Shown: one piece after another, positions 39,159 to 47,382 of the stretch
Numbering within the stretch: the stretch's first letter is position 1
Layout: every line of letters starts with the position of its first letter
NCBI GenBank assembly: GCA_964539785.1
Contig: CAZIJQ010000002.1
Coordinates: forward strand, 21,926 to 85,925
Direction of reading: 5' to 3'
DNA from: an uncultured bacterium
GTDB lineage: Bacteria; Fidelibacterota; Marinisomatia; Marinisomatales; TCS56
Length of the DNA: 64,000 nucleotides
The notes under the pieces: model-generated
Told to the model about the DNA's origin: nothing
The model's database searches: none
Seen by the model: the letters and a program-made list of their open reading frames with translations, nothing else
Made by a program: the position numbers and the translations under genes

Positions 39159-40355
39159 TTAAAGTTTGGCGATGATTGCGTCAGCCATTTCAATGGTAGA
39201 AGCGGCACCTTTTTCTATCACATCGGAACGACCAACCATTTTAGCCATATCATAAGTCCTGACTTTGCCTTCTGCCACAATTTCAGCAACTGCTTTCCTG
39301 ATCTTCGTAGCAATTTCCTGTTCATCGATGAAATCAAGCATCATGCAGGCCGATTCGATCATGGCAATCGGATTGACGATTGAGACGGGATAATCGGCAT
39401 ATTTAGGAGCGCTGCCGTGGGTAGGCTCGAAAACGCCAATACCAGTTTCGGGATTATACTGGGCGCTGCAGGCAAAACCAAGCCCACCAATCAGTCCCGC
39501 AAAGCCATCGGATACAATATCACCGAACATATTACCGGCCACGATTACGCCATAATTTTCCGGATTCTTGGTTAGCCACATCATCTGGGCGTCGATATTG
39601 GTATTCCAGACTTCGATCTCAGGGAAATCGGATTTCTGAATCTGCTGGGCCATCTTGTACATCATACCTGATGTTTCGCGAATAACATTCGGTTTTTCGC
39701 AAACGGTCACTGATTTGTAACCATTTTTTTTAGCGTGTTCAAAGGCTGCCCGCAGAATTCTTTCAGTAGCTTTCTTAGTAAATATTCTGGTTGAAACGGA
39801 GAGTTCCTCGACCGGAGTGTCACCGAAATTCTTCATAAATTTGGGATGGGTCATGAGGGCATCGTGAACCTGTGCCGGCGGATTACTCCATTCGACGCCA
39901 CCATAAAGTCCTTCGGTATTCTGCCGAAAAATGGCGACATCCACTTCCGGTTCCTCGACCGTGTCCTCGGGACCTCTTCGGATAAAGTTCAGCGGATTGC
40001 CTTTATAAGTCCGGCAGGGGCGCAGGCAGATATCCAGACCAAAATGCTGGCGCAGGCCAACGATCGGACTTGAATACACTAGTTCCTGTTCCTTCAATTC
40101 TGGTCCTAACTCTTCGAATGCTTCGTCTTTGGGTTTAGAGGTGATTGCACCAAAAAGGCCAATCTTATGTTCCGCAATCAAATCCAAGGTTCGCTGAGGT
40201 AAGGGATTACCTTCATTGCACCAGAATTCCCAGCCGATATCGCCTTCTACATAATTTGCTTCAAACCCGGCGGCTTCCAACACACGGATGGTCTCTTCCA
40301 ACACAACCTTGCCAATGCCATCTCCGGGTAGAGCTACAATTGTTCGTTTAGCCAT
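39159..40355 (-). CDS. Isocitrate/isopropylmalate dehydrogenase family protein (probable isocitrate dehydrogenase)
   Basis: 398 aa with LPGDGIGKVV, NTEGLYGG and NMFGDIVSDGFAGLIGGLG (the family signature). Substrate specificity cannot be decided by eye. Confidence 0.75.
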   Translation of the reverse strand: MAKRTIVALPGDGIGKVVLEETIRVLEAAGFEANYVEGDIGWEFWCNEGNPLPQRTLDLIAEHKIGLFGAITSKPKDEAFEELGPELKEQELVYSSPIVGLRQHFGLDICLRPCRTYKGNPLNFIRRGPEDTVEEPEVDVAIFRQNTEGLYGGVEWSNPPAQVHDALMTHPKFMKNFGDTPVEELSVSTRIFTKKATERILRAAFEHAKKNGYKSVTVCEKPNVIRETSGMMYKMAQQIQKSDFPEIEVWNTNIDAQMMWLTKNPENYGVIVAGNMFGDIVSDGFAGLIGGLGFACSAQYNPETGIGVFEPTHGSAPKYADYPVSIVNPIAMIESACMMLDFIDEQEIATKIRKAVAEIVAEGKVRTYDMAKMVGRSDVIEKGAASTIEMADAIIAKL

Positions 40356-40371
40356 TTCAATTTCCTTATTT

Positions 40372-40500
40372 AACCACTAATTACACAAATTTCACTGATT
40401 TGTTTTGCGTATTTATTGGTTTGTTTACTTTATTCAATTTTTTTCTATGTAATCTGCCTGCCCAACGTAGTTGCAACGCAGTTGGGTGAATTCAGTGGTT
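40372..40500. repeat. Iteron-armed inverted-repeat element E2a (129 bp) with a 30-nt hairpin nested in its right arm
   Basis: Left arm AAC-CACTAATTA-CACAAATTT-CACTGATT (40372-40400). The right arm CTATGTAATCTG...TGAATTCAGTGGTT is interrupted at 40457-40486 by CCTGCCCAACGTAGTTGCAACGCAGTTGGG. Confidence 0.85.
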
Positions 40501-40524
40501 TTCTTTTTCTTAATCAATCTATTT

Positions 40525-40621
40525 AACCACTAATTACACAAATTTCACTGATTTATTTTGCGCATTTATTGATTTGTCTATTTTATTCAAATTTTCTGTG
40601 TAATCCGTGAAATCAGTGGTT
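40525..40621. repeat. Iteron-armed inverted-repeat element E2b (97 bp), direct tandem copy of E2a
   Basis: The left arm is identical to E2a (40525-40553). Right arm CTGTG-TAATCCGTG-AAATCAGTG-GTT (40596-40621). The spacer is nearly identical to E2a. Confidence 0.9.
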
Positions 40622-42591
40622 TACTTAATCTTTTCTTTCACCCAGTTTTCCAATCCTTCCGTCAAGATCAATTCCTGGGCGGCTGCACCGACCGCACCAA
40701 TCGAATAGGTTTTTCCACCACAAGTAAGTTGGACTGATTGAAAATCAATTTCGATTTTGAGATCGGTTCGCACTGTCAATTTTTTGGTGCCGTATTTCAC
40801 TTTCAGATCTTCTAACAATTCCGGTGCTTCCATTACTAGATAGCCATTATTGATGGCGTTGCGTTTGTAGGTCTGGCTGAATGATCCGGCCAGGACCAGT
40901 TGAATCCCCCGGTATTTCAAGGCCGTGGCGGCCTGTTCCCGGGAACTGCCAGCACCAAAATTAAAGCCACCGACTAGAATATCACCGCTCCGCGCTATTT
41001 TACCAAATTCAGTATCGTAATTTTCCATGACAACTTCAGCCTGTTGCTCGGGCGTGAAATCATCGATGTAGGTATACTTGCCGGGATAGATACCATCGGT
41101 ATTAAGATTATCCAAATGACAGAAAATCACCGTACCCGATAACTTAGCCGGGAAGCCATCCAGCAGATTGGCAATGACCGCTTCTCGCTTAGAAACCGGC
41201 GCAACCGTAATACTGGTATTTACTGCTGTTTCGTTAAATGGGACAGGTCCAGCTATTTTGCCAGCCAGGGCGCTGGCAGCAACCACCGCTGGCGATGCCA
41301 GATAAGCTTCCGCTTCCTTTGAACCCATTCGACCTTTGAAATTGCGATTAGTGGCGGATATACCAACTTCACCATCCTGCAGCAATCCGACACCCAAGCC
41401 AATGCAGGGACCGCAGCCCGGTGGAATTGCGATGGCTCCAGCTTCTAAAAGAGTCTGCCAGTCACCGCGCCGCACGCTTTCTTCCTGTACTTCCCGGGAG
41501 GCAGCTGCGATATAAAATTCCACTCCTTCAGCAACTTTTTTTCCCTTTACAACAGCGGCAGCCTCCGCCAGATCATCCACGCGACTGTTCACACAGGATA
41601 CCAGATAAGCCTTGTGGATTTTCAGATTACGCTTTTCCATATCCGTCACGGAGGTCATTGTTTTAACATTGTGAGGACCAGAAACATGCGGACTGACAGA
41701 AGACAAATCAATTGTCAATTCTTTGGCGTAATAAGCATCCGAATCGGCTGCGGGAATGTTGGCTTCCAGTGCAGCGATACGAGCTTGACTCAAACGGGGA
41801 TGAGTACCGTTGCCATCGATATCGGAAGGCACGCCTTCCAGCCCGCGTTTTTCAATTGTCGCTGACCGATCATAAAGCCATTTAATCGTGATTTCATCAA
41901 TGGGAAACAATCCAACTAAGGCACCCCATTCGGTAGTCATGTTGGCAATTGCCAGACGCTCATCAATTTTGAGACTTGCTACACCTGCGCCAGCAAATTC
42001 GATGGCATGATTCAATACTTCATCATGATTAAAAATACCACAAAGGGTGATGATTAAATCTTTGCCGGTAACACCAGCCGGTAGCTTGCCAATCAGTTTT
42101 ACCTTCGCCACCGGCGGCACCTGCCACCAGGTACGACCCGTGGCCCAGATTGCAGCCGCATCGGTTCGTACGATCGGGGTACCAAGACAGCCCAAGCCAC
42201 CGTACATATTGGCATGGCTGTCGGAGGCTACGGCCATTGTACCGGGAAAAGCATAGCCTTCCTCCAACATCAACTGATGACCGATACCACGACCAGCGGG
42301 ATAAAAATCGACACCCATTTCTTTGGCGAACGCTTCGATCCCGGCATATTTTTTAAGGTTAGCTTTACTTTTATCCTGAACATTATGATCCAGGGCAAAC
42401 ATGGGTTGACGAGGATCGGATATCTTGCTGGCGCCAATCGCCCGAAACTTATTCATCACCGCACCTGTATTATCATGGGTTAGAATATGGGCGGGCTGGA
42501 TTGAAAGGTAATCCCCGGCATGTACTTGAGTACCTTCAGCTAAATCGACGGCGTATTTTTGGGCAAGTTTTTCTACTAAGTTCTGTTTCAT
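40621..42591 (-). CDS. Aconitase-family hydro-lyase, fused large+small (swivel) domains (aconitate hydratase/homoaconitase type)
   Basis: 656 aa. ASDSHANMYGGLG, VSCVNSR and PGCGPCIG (Fe-S Cys ligands) are followed by the swivel-domain motif GFNFGAGSSREQAA. Length and fusion resemble the short Aquifex-type aconitases. Confidence 0.8.
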   Translation of the reverse strand: MKQNLVEKLAQKYAVDLAEGTQVHAGDYLSIQPAHILTHDNTGAVMNKFRAIGASKISDPRQPMFALDHNVQDKSKANLKKYAGIEAFAKEMGVDFYPAGRGIGHQLMLEEGYAFPGTMAVASDSHANMYGGLGCLGTPIVRTDAAAIWATGRTWWQVPPVAKVKLIGKLPAGVTGKDLIITLCGIFNHDEVLNHAIEFAGAGVASLKIDERLAIANMTTEWGALVGLFPIDEITIKWLYDRSATIEKRGLEGVPSDIDGNGTHPRLSQARIAALEANIPAADSDAYYAKELTIDLSSVSPHVSGPHNVKTMTSVTDMEKRNLKIHKAYLVSCVNSRVDDLAEAAAVVKGKKVAEGVEFYIAAASREVQEESVRRGDWQTLLEAGAIAIPPGCGPCIGLGVGLLQDGEVGISATNRNFKGRMGSKEAEAYLASPAVVAASALAGKIAGPVPFNETAVNTSITVAPVSKREAVIANLLDGFPAKLSGTVIFCHLDNLNTDGIYPGKYTYIDDFTPEQQAEVVMENYDTEFGKIARSGDILVGGFNFGAGSSREQAATALKYRGIQLVLAGSFSQTYKRNAINNGYLVMEAPELLEDLKVKYGTKKLTVRTDLKIEIDFQSVQLTCGGKTYSIGAVGAAAQELILTEGLENWVKEKIK

Positions 42592-42598
42592 TTGTTTT

Positions 42599-43027
42599 AT
42601 CCACTGATTACACAGATTTCACAGATTATTTTATTATTCGTTCATATTCCAGGGATTCACTGCCAAAATTCATCAGCAACCCCAGCCTTAATTTTGTTAC
42701 TTTCAAATAGTTCAATATTTGGGCACGTTCGATATCCCCAATTTGTTTAATTGCCTTCAGTTCAATAATTACTTTGTCGTCAATTACTAAGTCACAATAA
42801 TATTCCTTTATGTCAACACCTTTGTAATTCACGTAATATTTCTGCTGCTGCTCAAAAGGAATATTCAGCCTTTTCAATTCCACTATAAATGCTTCTTCAT
42901 ACACAGATTCAAGAAAACCCGGCCCCAGTTCTTTATGAACCTCCATCGCAGCACCAATTATACGATAGGTAAGATCCTTATATAAGTATTTCATTTTTAA
43001 TCTGAGTAATCAGTGAAATCTGTGGTT
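42599..43027. mobile_element. Iteron-armed inverted-repeat element E3 (429 bp) carrying a GxxExxY gene
   Basis: Left arm ATC-CACTGATTA-CACAGATTT-CACAGATT (42599-42627). Right arm CTGAG-TAATCAGTG-AAATCTGTG-GTT (43002-43027). The arms enclose only ORF 42626-42994. Confidence 0.7.
42626..42994 (-). CDS. GxxExxY protein (PD-(D/E)XK nuclease-like family)
   Basis: 122 aa. HKELGPGFLESVYEEA contains the family-defining G-x2-E-x2-Y. The pattern CDLVIDDKVIIELK is PD-(D/E)XK-like. Confidence 0.85.
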   Translation of the reverse strand: MKYLYKDLTYRIIGAAMEVHKELGPGFLESVYEEAFIVELKRLNIPFEQQQKYYVNYKGVDIKEYYCDLVIDDKVIIELKAIKQIGDIERAQILNYLKVTKLRLGLLMNFGSESLEYERIIK

Positions 43028-43029
43028 AC

Positions 43030-43563
43030 TCAAGCTTTGAATGGTTCGAATGACACGAAGTCGGCATGATGCACGATGATTGATTCCACCGTCCGGTAAC
43101 CCAGATCGCCTTCTTTAGAGTGAGTACCGATAATGTGCTGGACTTCTGCCGGGAGGTCGAAGCGGGCAGCGATTCCCACACCGCTAAACGGGTGACGTAC
43201 GATTTTACCGGCATTGCTGGTGGCGAGTTTTCCGTCAACCATTTCATATTCCAGCAACTTGCCAATATCAATCAGGATGGCCCCGGAAATGAGCAAATCC
43301 ATATCGATCTTGATTTCATCGCCAAAATTCTCCTGCATGCGCTTGGCGATATCAACAGCCAGCTGAACACAGGTTCGCTTATGATTCATAAATGAAACCT
43401 GGCAATCCTTAATCAGCAGTGAAAAAGGAATCACTTCCAGGTCTTCCGGTGTCAGGACACTATTTTCGATGGCGAAGATCCAGGCTTCCAGTGTTTTTTC
43501 ACGCAGTTCATCATCTTTGATCCAATTGATCTCCGGCCAAATTCCTAAAACTTTTTCTCTCAT
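43030..43563 (-). CDS. HD-superfamily-like protein with partly substituted metal ligands
   Basis: 177 aa. ILIDIGK sits where HD proteins have LLHDIGK, and GTHSKEGD / HHADF lie C-terminally. Fold assignment is tentative. Confidence 0.4.
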   Translation of the reverse strand: MREKVLGIWPEINWIKDDELREKTLEAWIFAIENSVLTPEDLEVIPFSLLIKDCQVSFMNHKRTCVQLAVDIAKRMQENFGDEIKIDMDLLISGAILIDIGKLLEYEMVDGKLATSNAGKIVRHPFSGVGIAARFDLPAEVQHIIGTHSKEGDLGYRTVESIIVHHADFVSFEPFKA

Positions 43564-43579
43564 TTTTAATCCTTTATTT

Positions 43580-43738
43580 AACCACTAATTACACAGATTT
43601 CACAGATTAATGCGAAACTAATCGAAATAATGGTACAGCTAATTTTATTCAATTTTTTCCACTGATTACTCTAAAGCAAATCTTTAAGGTTACTATATTC
43701 ATAATGTTTTTTCTGTGTAATCAGTGAAATCTGTGGTT
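43580..43738. repeat. Iteron-armed inverted-repeat element E4 (159 bp, non-coding)
   Basis: Left arm AAC-CACTAATTA-CACAGATTT-CACAGATT (43580-43608). Right arm CTGTG-TAATCAGTG-AAATCTGTG-GTT (43713-43738). An extra internal CCACTGATTAC lies near 43669. Confidence 0.9.
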
Positions 43739-45297
43739 TACTCTTTGATTCCGTAAATTGAGTCGATCACCGTGCCGTCCACCCACTTGACGATCCCGAT
43801 CACTTCATCGGTTAGCTGCGGTTTAGCTGGTGGTCCACCTATCAGTTCATCGATTTCGGCCTTTAGTTCCTGAATAGTCTTGATGGGTAGATCGCTGCCA
43901 CTGACCGCTTCCAATAAATCTTTACGTTGTGGATTGATGGCGATCCCCCGCTCGGTTACAATCACATCGATCAACTCACCGGGTCCAACGATTGTAGTTA
44001 CCTCATCTACAATTACCGGAATCCGGTCGCGGAAAGCTGGGATGGGCAGGATCGTGCATTTACTGAACAGACAGTTTTGCCAGCCACCGATCCCATGGAG
44101 CATTTTACCATCGGAATGAGTTACCACGTTGGCATTAAAATTCACATCCACTTCGGTGGCGCCCAGCACAACCGCATCCAACATTGAAGCGAAATTGCCT
44201 TTTCCATGCCAGTTGTAACTGGTAAATGGCGACGTGTTCACATGACCATAATTTTCGCGCATGGAGCGAACACCTTCCAGATCGAAAGTTTGACCATCGA
44301 GAATGAAATCGGTGAGACCTTCTTCCAGCATTTCCACCAGATATTTGGTGGACCCACCACGAATGAAGCGGGCTTTGATATCGGCTTCCTTCATCATTTC
44401 TTTTAAATAGATCGCAAAAGCCAGCGATGTCCCGCCGGCACCAGCCTGGAAGCTGAATCCGTCCTGCATAATCCCGGCGTCGCGGACGAACCGAGCAGTC
44501 AGTTCGGCAATGTACAACCTGTCCGGTGATTTGGTGAGCTGGGTCGTACCACTGACAATTTTTTCCGGATCGCCAACTTTATCCAAAACCACTACATAAT
44601 CCACATTTTGGCCCTGAATCTGCCAGGGCACGCAAGGGAACGGAACCAGGTTGTCGGTGACCACAATAACTTTATCAGCGTGGATTGAATCCACCAAACC
44701 AAATCCCAGCAAACCACAGGCCGAGGGACCCCGGTCACCGGTGGCATTACCGAAGGCGTCAGCCGTTGGAGCGGCAATTACCGCAATATCAATTTGGACT
44801 TCCCCATCCTGCACCGCTTGCCAGCGTCCGCCGTGGCTGCGCAGTATGGCAGTACCGTTCATTTTTCCCCGGGAAGCATAATCGCCCAATGGACCATTCA
44901 GGGAACCTTCGACCCAATTGATAACCCCATTTTTCATATGGTCAATGACCGGCTTATGACAGGGGAAAGCTGCCGAAGGAAACCAGCGCAGCCCTTTCAC
45001 TCCTTCATCGGCAGCAATATCGAATACCTGATTCATAACCAGGTCACCATTGCGGAAATGGTGGTGTGAGGATATCGTCATGCCATCTTTCAATCCGCAT
45101 TTATCCAAAGCTTCTTTCAACGACGGAATGGTTTTATTTCCATCGGCAGGATAATCGCTACAGGTACGAATCGGCAGGGCCGGCTTTTTCCCGGTTGATC
45201 GAAACTTTCCTACACCTTGAAAAGGTACTTGAGCAACGCCATTAACTTCCGTCGGAACCAACCGACCGGCTGCATTTTTAATCATTTCATTTTTCAT
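43738..45297 (-). CDS. citF: Citrate lyase alpha subunit (citrate CoA-transferase)
   Basis: 519 aa, colinear with CitF. The N-terminal opening AAGRLVPTEVNG, SSHHHFRNGD, and the length all fit the family. Confidence 0.8.
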   Translation of the reverse strand: MKNEMIKNAAGRLVPTEVNGVAQVPFQGVGKFRSTGKKPALPIRTCSDYPADGNKTIPSLKEALDKCGLKDGMTISSHHHFRNGDLVMNQVFDIAADEGVKGLRWFPSAAFPCHKPVIDHMKNGVINWVEGSLNGPLGDYASRGKMNGTAILRSHGGRWQAVQDGEVQIDIAVIAAPTADAFGNATGDRGPSACGLLGFGLVDSIHADKVIVVTDNLVPFPCVPWQIQGQNVDYVVVLDKVGDPEKIVSGTTQLTKSPDRLYIAELTARFVRDAGIMQDGFSFQAGAGGTSLAFAIYLKEMMKEADIKARFIRGGSTKYLVEMLEEGLTDFILDGQTFDLEGVRSMRENYGHVNTSPFTSYNWHGKGNFASMLDAVVLGATEVDVNFNANVVTHSDGKMLHGIGGWQNCLFSKCTILPIPAFRDRIPVIVDEVTTIVGPGELIDVIVTERGIAINPQRKDLLEAVSGSDLPIKTIQELKAEIDELIGGPPAKPQLTDEVIGIVKWVDGTVIDSIYGIKE

Positions 45298-45304
45298 TAA
45301 TTTT

Positions 45305-45560
45305 TACCACAGATTACACAGATTTCACTGATTGGTTTTATGATTTATTTGTTGGCTTAATAATTATGCTATTATTGTAGAAAGAGTCACAATTCATCTT
45401 AGTTTACTCTATCATCTACTTTTTCTGCAATTTTACCCACTTTTTCAATTAATTGCTTTTTTAATGACATACTACTACTCAGCAGATATTATTTAAATCT
45501 CTATTTAAGATTTTTCTTTATAGCTTTTTAAAATTTGTGCAATCCGTGTAATCTGTGGTT
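45305..45560. repeat. Iteron-armed inverted-repeat element E5 (256 bp, non-coding)
   Basis: Left arm TAC-CACAGATTA-CACAGATTT-CACTGATT (45305-45333). Right arm TGTG-CAATCCGTG-TAATCTGTG-GTT (45536-45560). The spacer is AT-rich and about 200 bp long. Confidence 0.85.
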
Positions 45561-46770
45561 AAACTTTTTCTTTCCAGTTTTTGGATAACAGATTTGAGGC
45601 AATTGCCAGAGTTATTGTCTGCTGCGCACGTTTCACCACCGGTGGATCAATCATTTTGTTACCAAGCGCCACTACCCCCAGACCCTGTTCCCGGGCTTTA
45701 TCGAAAGCTAACTCGATCTTTTTGGCCTTATCAATCTCAATGACAGTTGGCGCAAACGCTTCGTGTAGCGGTTTGATCTGCCGCGGGTGAATGCAACCTT
45801 TACCATCGAACCCCAAAGCTTTAGCTTCTAACACCGATGCCCGTAATCCTTCTTCATTGCCTACATCACTATAGACCGTATCAATTGCCTGAAGACCTAC
45901 TGCACGAGCGGCATTTACCAGCATTCCCCGGGCAAAAAATGATTCTATCCCCTCATCGGTCCGCGGCACACCAAGATCGGCAGTATAATCTTCAAGGCCA
46001 ATGGCCAGCGCCACATTATTTGGCGATGCTTCGGCGATTTCCAACGCCTTTAAAATCCCCCGGCCGCTTTCCAGGATTGGCATCAGATAGACCGGTTCAG
46101 TCCGACCGCAGGCTTTACTGATTTCGGCAATCTTTTTATCGATGACAATAATTTGATCAGCCGATTCGACTTTAGGTACGAGTATTAGATGCACATTATG
46201 AGGTACAATAAATTCCAGATCGGTCAGGCCCATTTCACCCTGATTGATCCGTACAATTCGTTCAGCACCGAAAAAGTCCAGTGATCGTAGGGTATTACGC
46301 ACGAGATAGCGGGTTGCTTCTTTTTCATTTGGACCAACCGAGTCTTCCAGGTCCAGAATCAATCCATCGGGTTTGTGGATACCAGCATTCAAAGCCAATT
46401 TGGGCTGATTACCAGGCAGGTATAGCCGGCTGCGGCGGAATCTGTCCCGTGTAGAGGAATATCTACAGAATTCTTTCATTTCCGGTAACACTTCAACTGG
46501 TATATCTGGATAAGCTTTTTTTATGGCGGCCTCGATCCGGGCCATCATTACAAACGGAACGGCGCCAAAATCTTCAATTTCTAATATTCCGGTTTTGATA
46601 CCCAATTGGGTGCAAACCGACTGGGTTAGTTCATCGATGCTTTTGCCGAAAAGACCACCGACTTTACTTTGAATTTTAATGGTTAGTGGTGTAGTCTGGG
46701 GGGTATAAATAACACGAACGTCTGAACGCGGTTTAACCCCCTTGGGTCCTACGGTATATACTGGTGCCAT
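45559..46770 (-). CDS. Fused citrate lyase acyl-carrier (gamma, CitD) and citryl-CoA lyase (beta, CitE) protein
   Basis: 403 aa. The N-terminal ~95 aa align with CitD (PRSDVRVIY matches ESGDVMIRI, including the prosthetic-group Ser; FGAVPFVMMARIEAA matches KGALDCILRARLEAL). The rest is CitE/HpcH-like (RRSRLYLPGN...DGLILDLEDSV). Confidence 0.75.
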   Translation of the reverse strand: MAPVYTVGPKGVKPRSDVRVIYTPQTTPLTIKIQSKVGGLFGKSIDELTQSVCTQLGIKTGILEIEDFGAVPFVMMARIEAAIKKAYPDIPVEVLPEMKEFCRYSSTRDRFRRSRLYLPGNQPKLALNAGIHKPDGLILDLEDSVGPNEKEATRYLVRNTLRSLDFFGAERIVRINQGEMGLTDLEFIVPHNVHLILVPKVESADQIIVIDKKIAEISKACGRTEPVYLMPILESGRGILKALEIAEASPNNVALAIGLEDYTADLGVPRTDEGIESFFARGMLVNAARAVGLQAIDTVYSDVGNEEGLRASVLEAKALGFDGKGCIHPRQIKPLHEAFAPTVIEIDKAKKIELAFDKAREQGLGVVALGNKMIDPPVVKRAQQTITLAIASNLLSKNWKEKV

Positions 46771-46988
46771 AGTTGTCCTTAATCGTTGATCAAAATAACC
46801 ATGAGACTGGTCGTAATTGAAATTAGTCCGCCCCTTAAATGCCGAGCAATAAAAACCGGATAGAACTTATTAAAATTCTCGCTGATTTAGCTGATAACCA
46901 CTACCCTGAATCAATAATACCAGATTAGGCAATTATCATGCGAATTGATGATTTAAGCTGCCCTACAAATCAGAAAATATTAGCACAG

Positions 46989-47016
46989 GACCTGATCCTA
47001 ATAATTTGATCAGGTC
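46989..47016 (-). terminator. Stem-loop after the NifX-like gene (possible terminator)
   Basis: GACCTGATC / GATCAGGTC, a 9-bp perfect stem with a 10-nt loop, 19 nt downstream of the stop at 47035. The U-tract is weak. Confidence 0.4.
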
Positions 47017-47034
47017 ATTCCTTATAACCGGTAA

Positions 47035-47382
47035 CTACTGATTAATAAACTCTGTCAATTGGTTTTCCTGGAAGGCTTCGAAAGCCTGCTTCACAGTCAT
47101 TTCACCGGCTCCAATGAATATCTTGAGGCCAAATTTGCTCAACACATCGGCAGCATTTCCACCGGGTCCGTTACCGGTGATCAATACATCGGCTTTTAAT
47201 TCGAACAATTTCCGGGCGCTTTGCGGTCCTGCGCCGTGAGCCTGTTCGCTTATCAGTCGATTATCAAAATGAGTAAATTCATCGTTGGTATCATTATATA
47301 TCAAAATATACTCCGCTCTTCCAAAACGCGGATCGATATTAGAATCCCACTCTTTTCCTTTGGCAGTGAAAGCAATATTCAT
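47035..47382 (-). CDS. NifB/NifX-family (dinitrogenase FeMo-cofactor-binding-like) small protein
   Basis: 115 aa. IDPRFGRAEYILIY...GAGPQSARKLFELKADVLITGNGPG is typical of the NifX/NifB C-terminal domain family. Confidence 0.7.
   Translation of the reverse strand: MNIAFTAKGKEWDSNIDPRFGRAEYILIYNDTNDEFTHFDNRLISEQAHGAGPQSARKLFELKADVLITGNGPGGNAADVLSKFGLKIFIGAGEMTVKQAFEAFQENQLTEFINQ

Noticed and set aside
39052-45560. CRISPR array interpretation of the 9-nt iterons, and likewise of the 88-bp repeats at 52746-52958.
   Set aside because: The repeat units are far too short (9 nt) or carry tRNA-derived content. The arms are inverted rather than direct, there is no regular repeat-spacer periodicity, and no cas genes are present in the window.
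46880-46930. Possible degenerate solo arm (AACCACTACCCTGAATCAATAATACCAGATT) upstream of citDE.
   Set aside because: Only the first 8 nt match the arm consensus and there is no partner arm, so the match may be chance.
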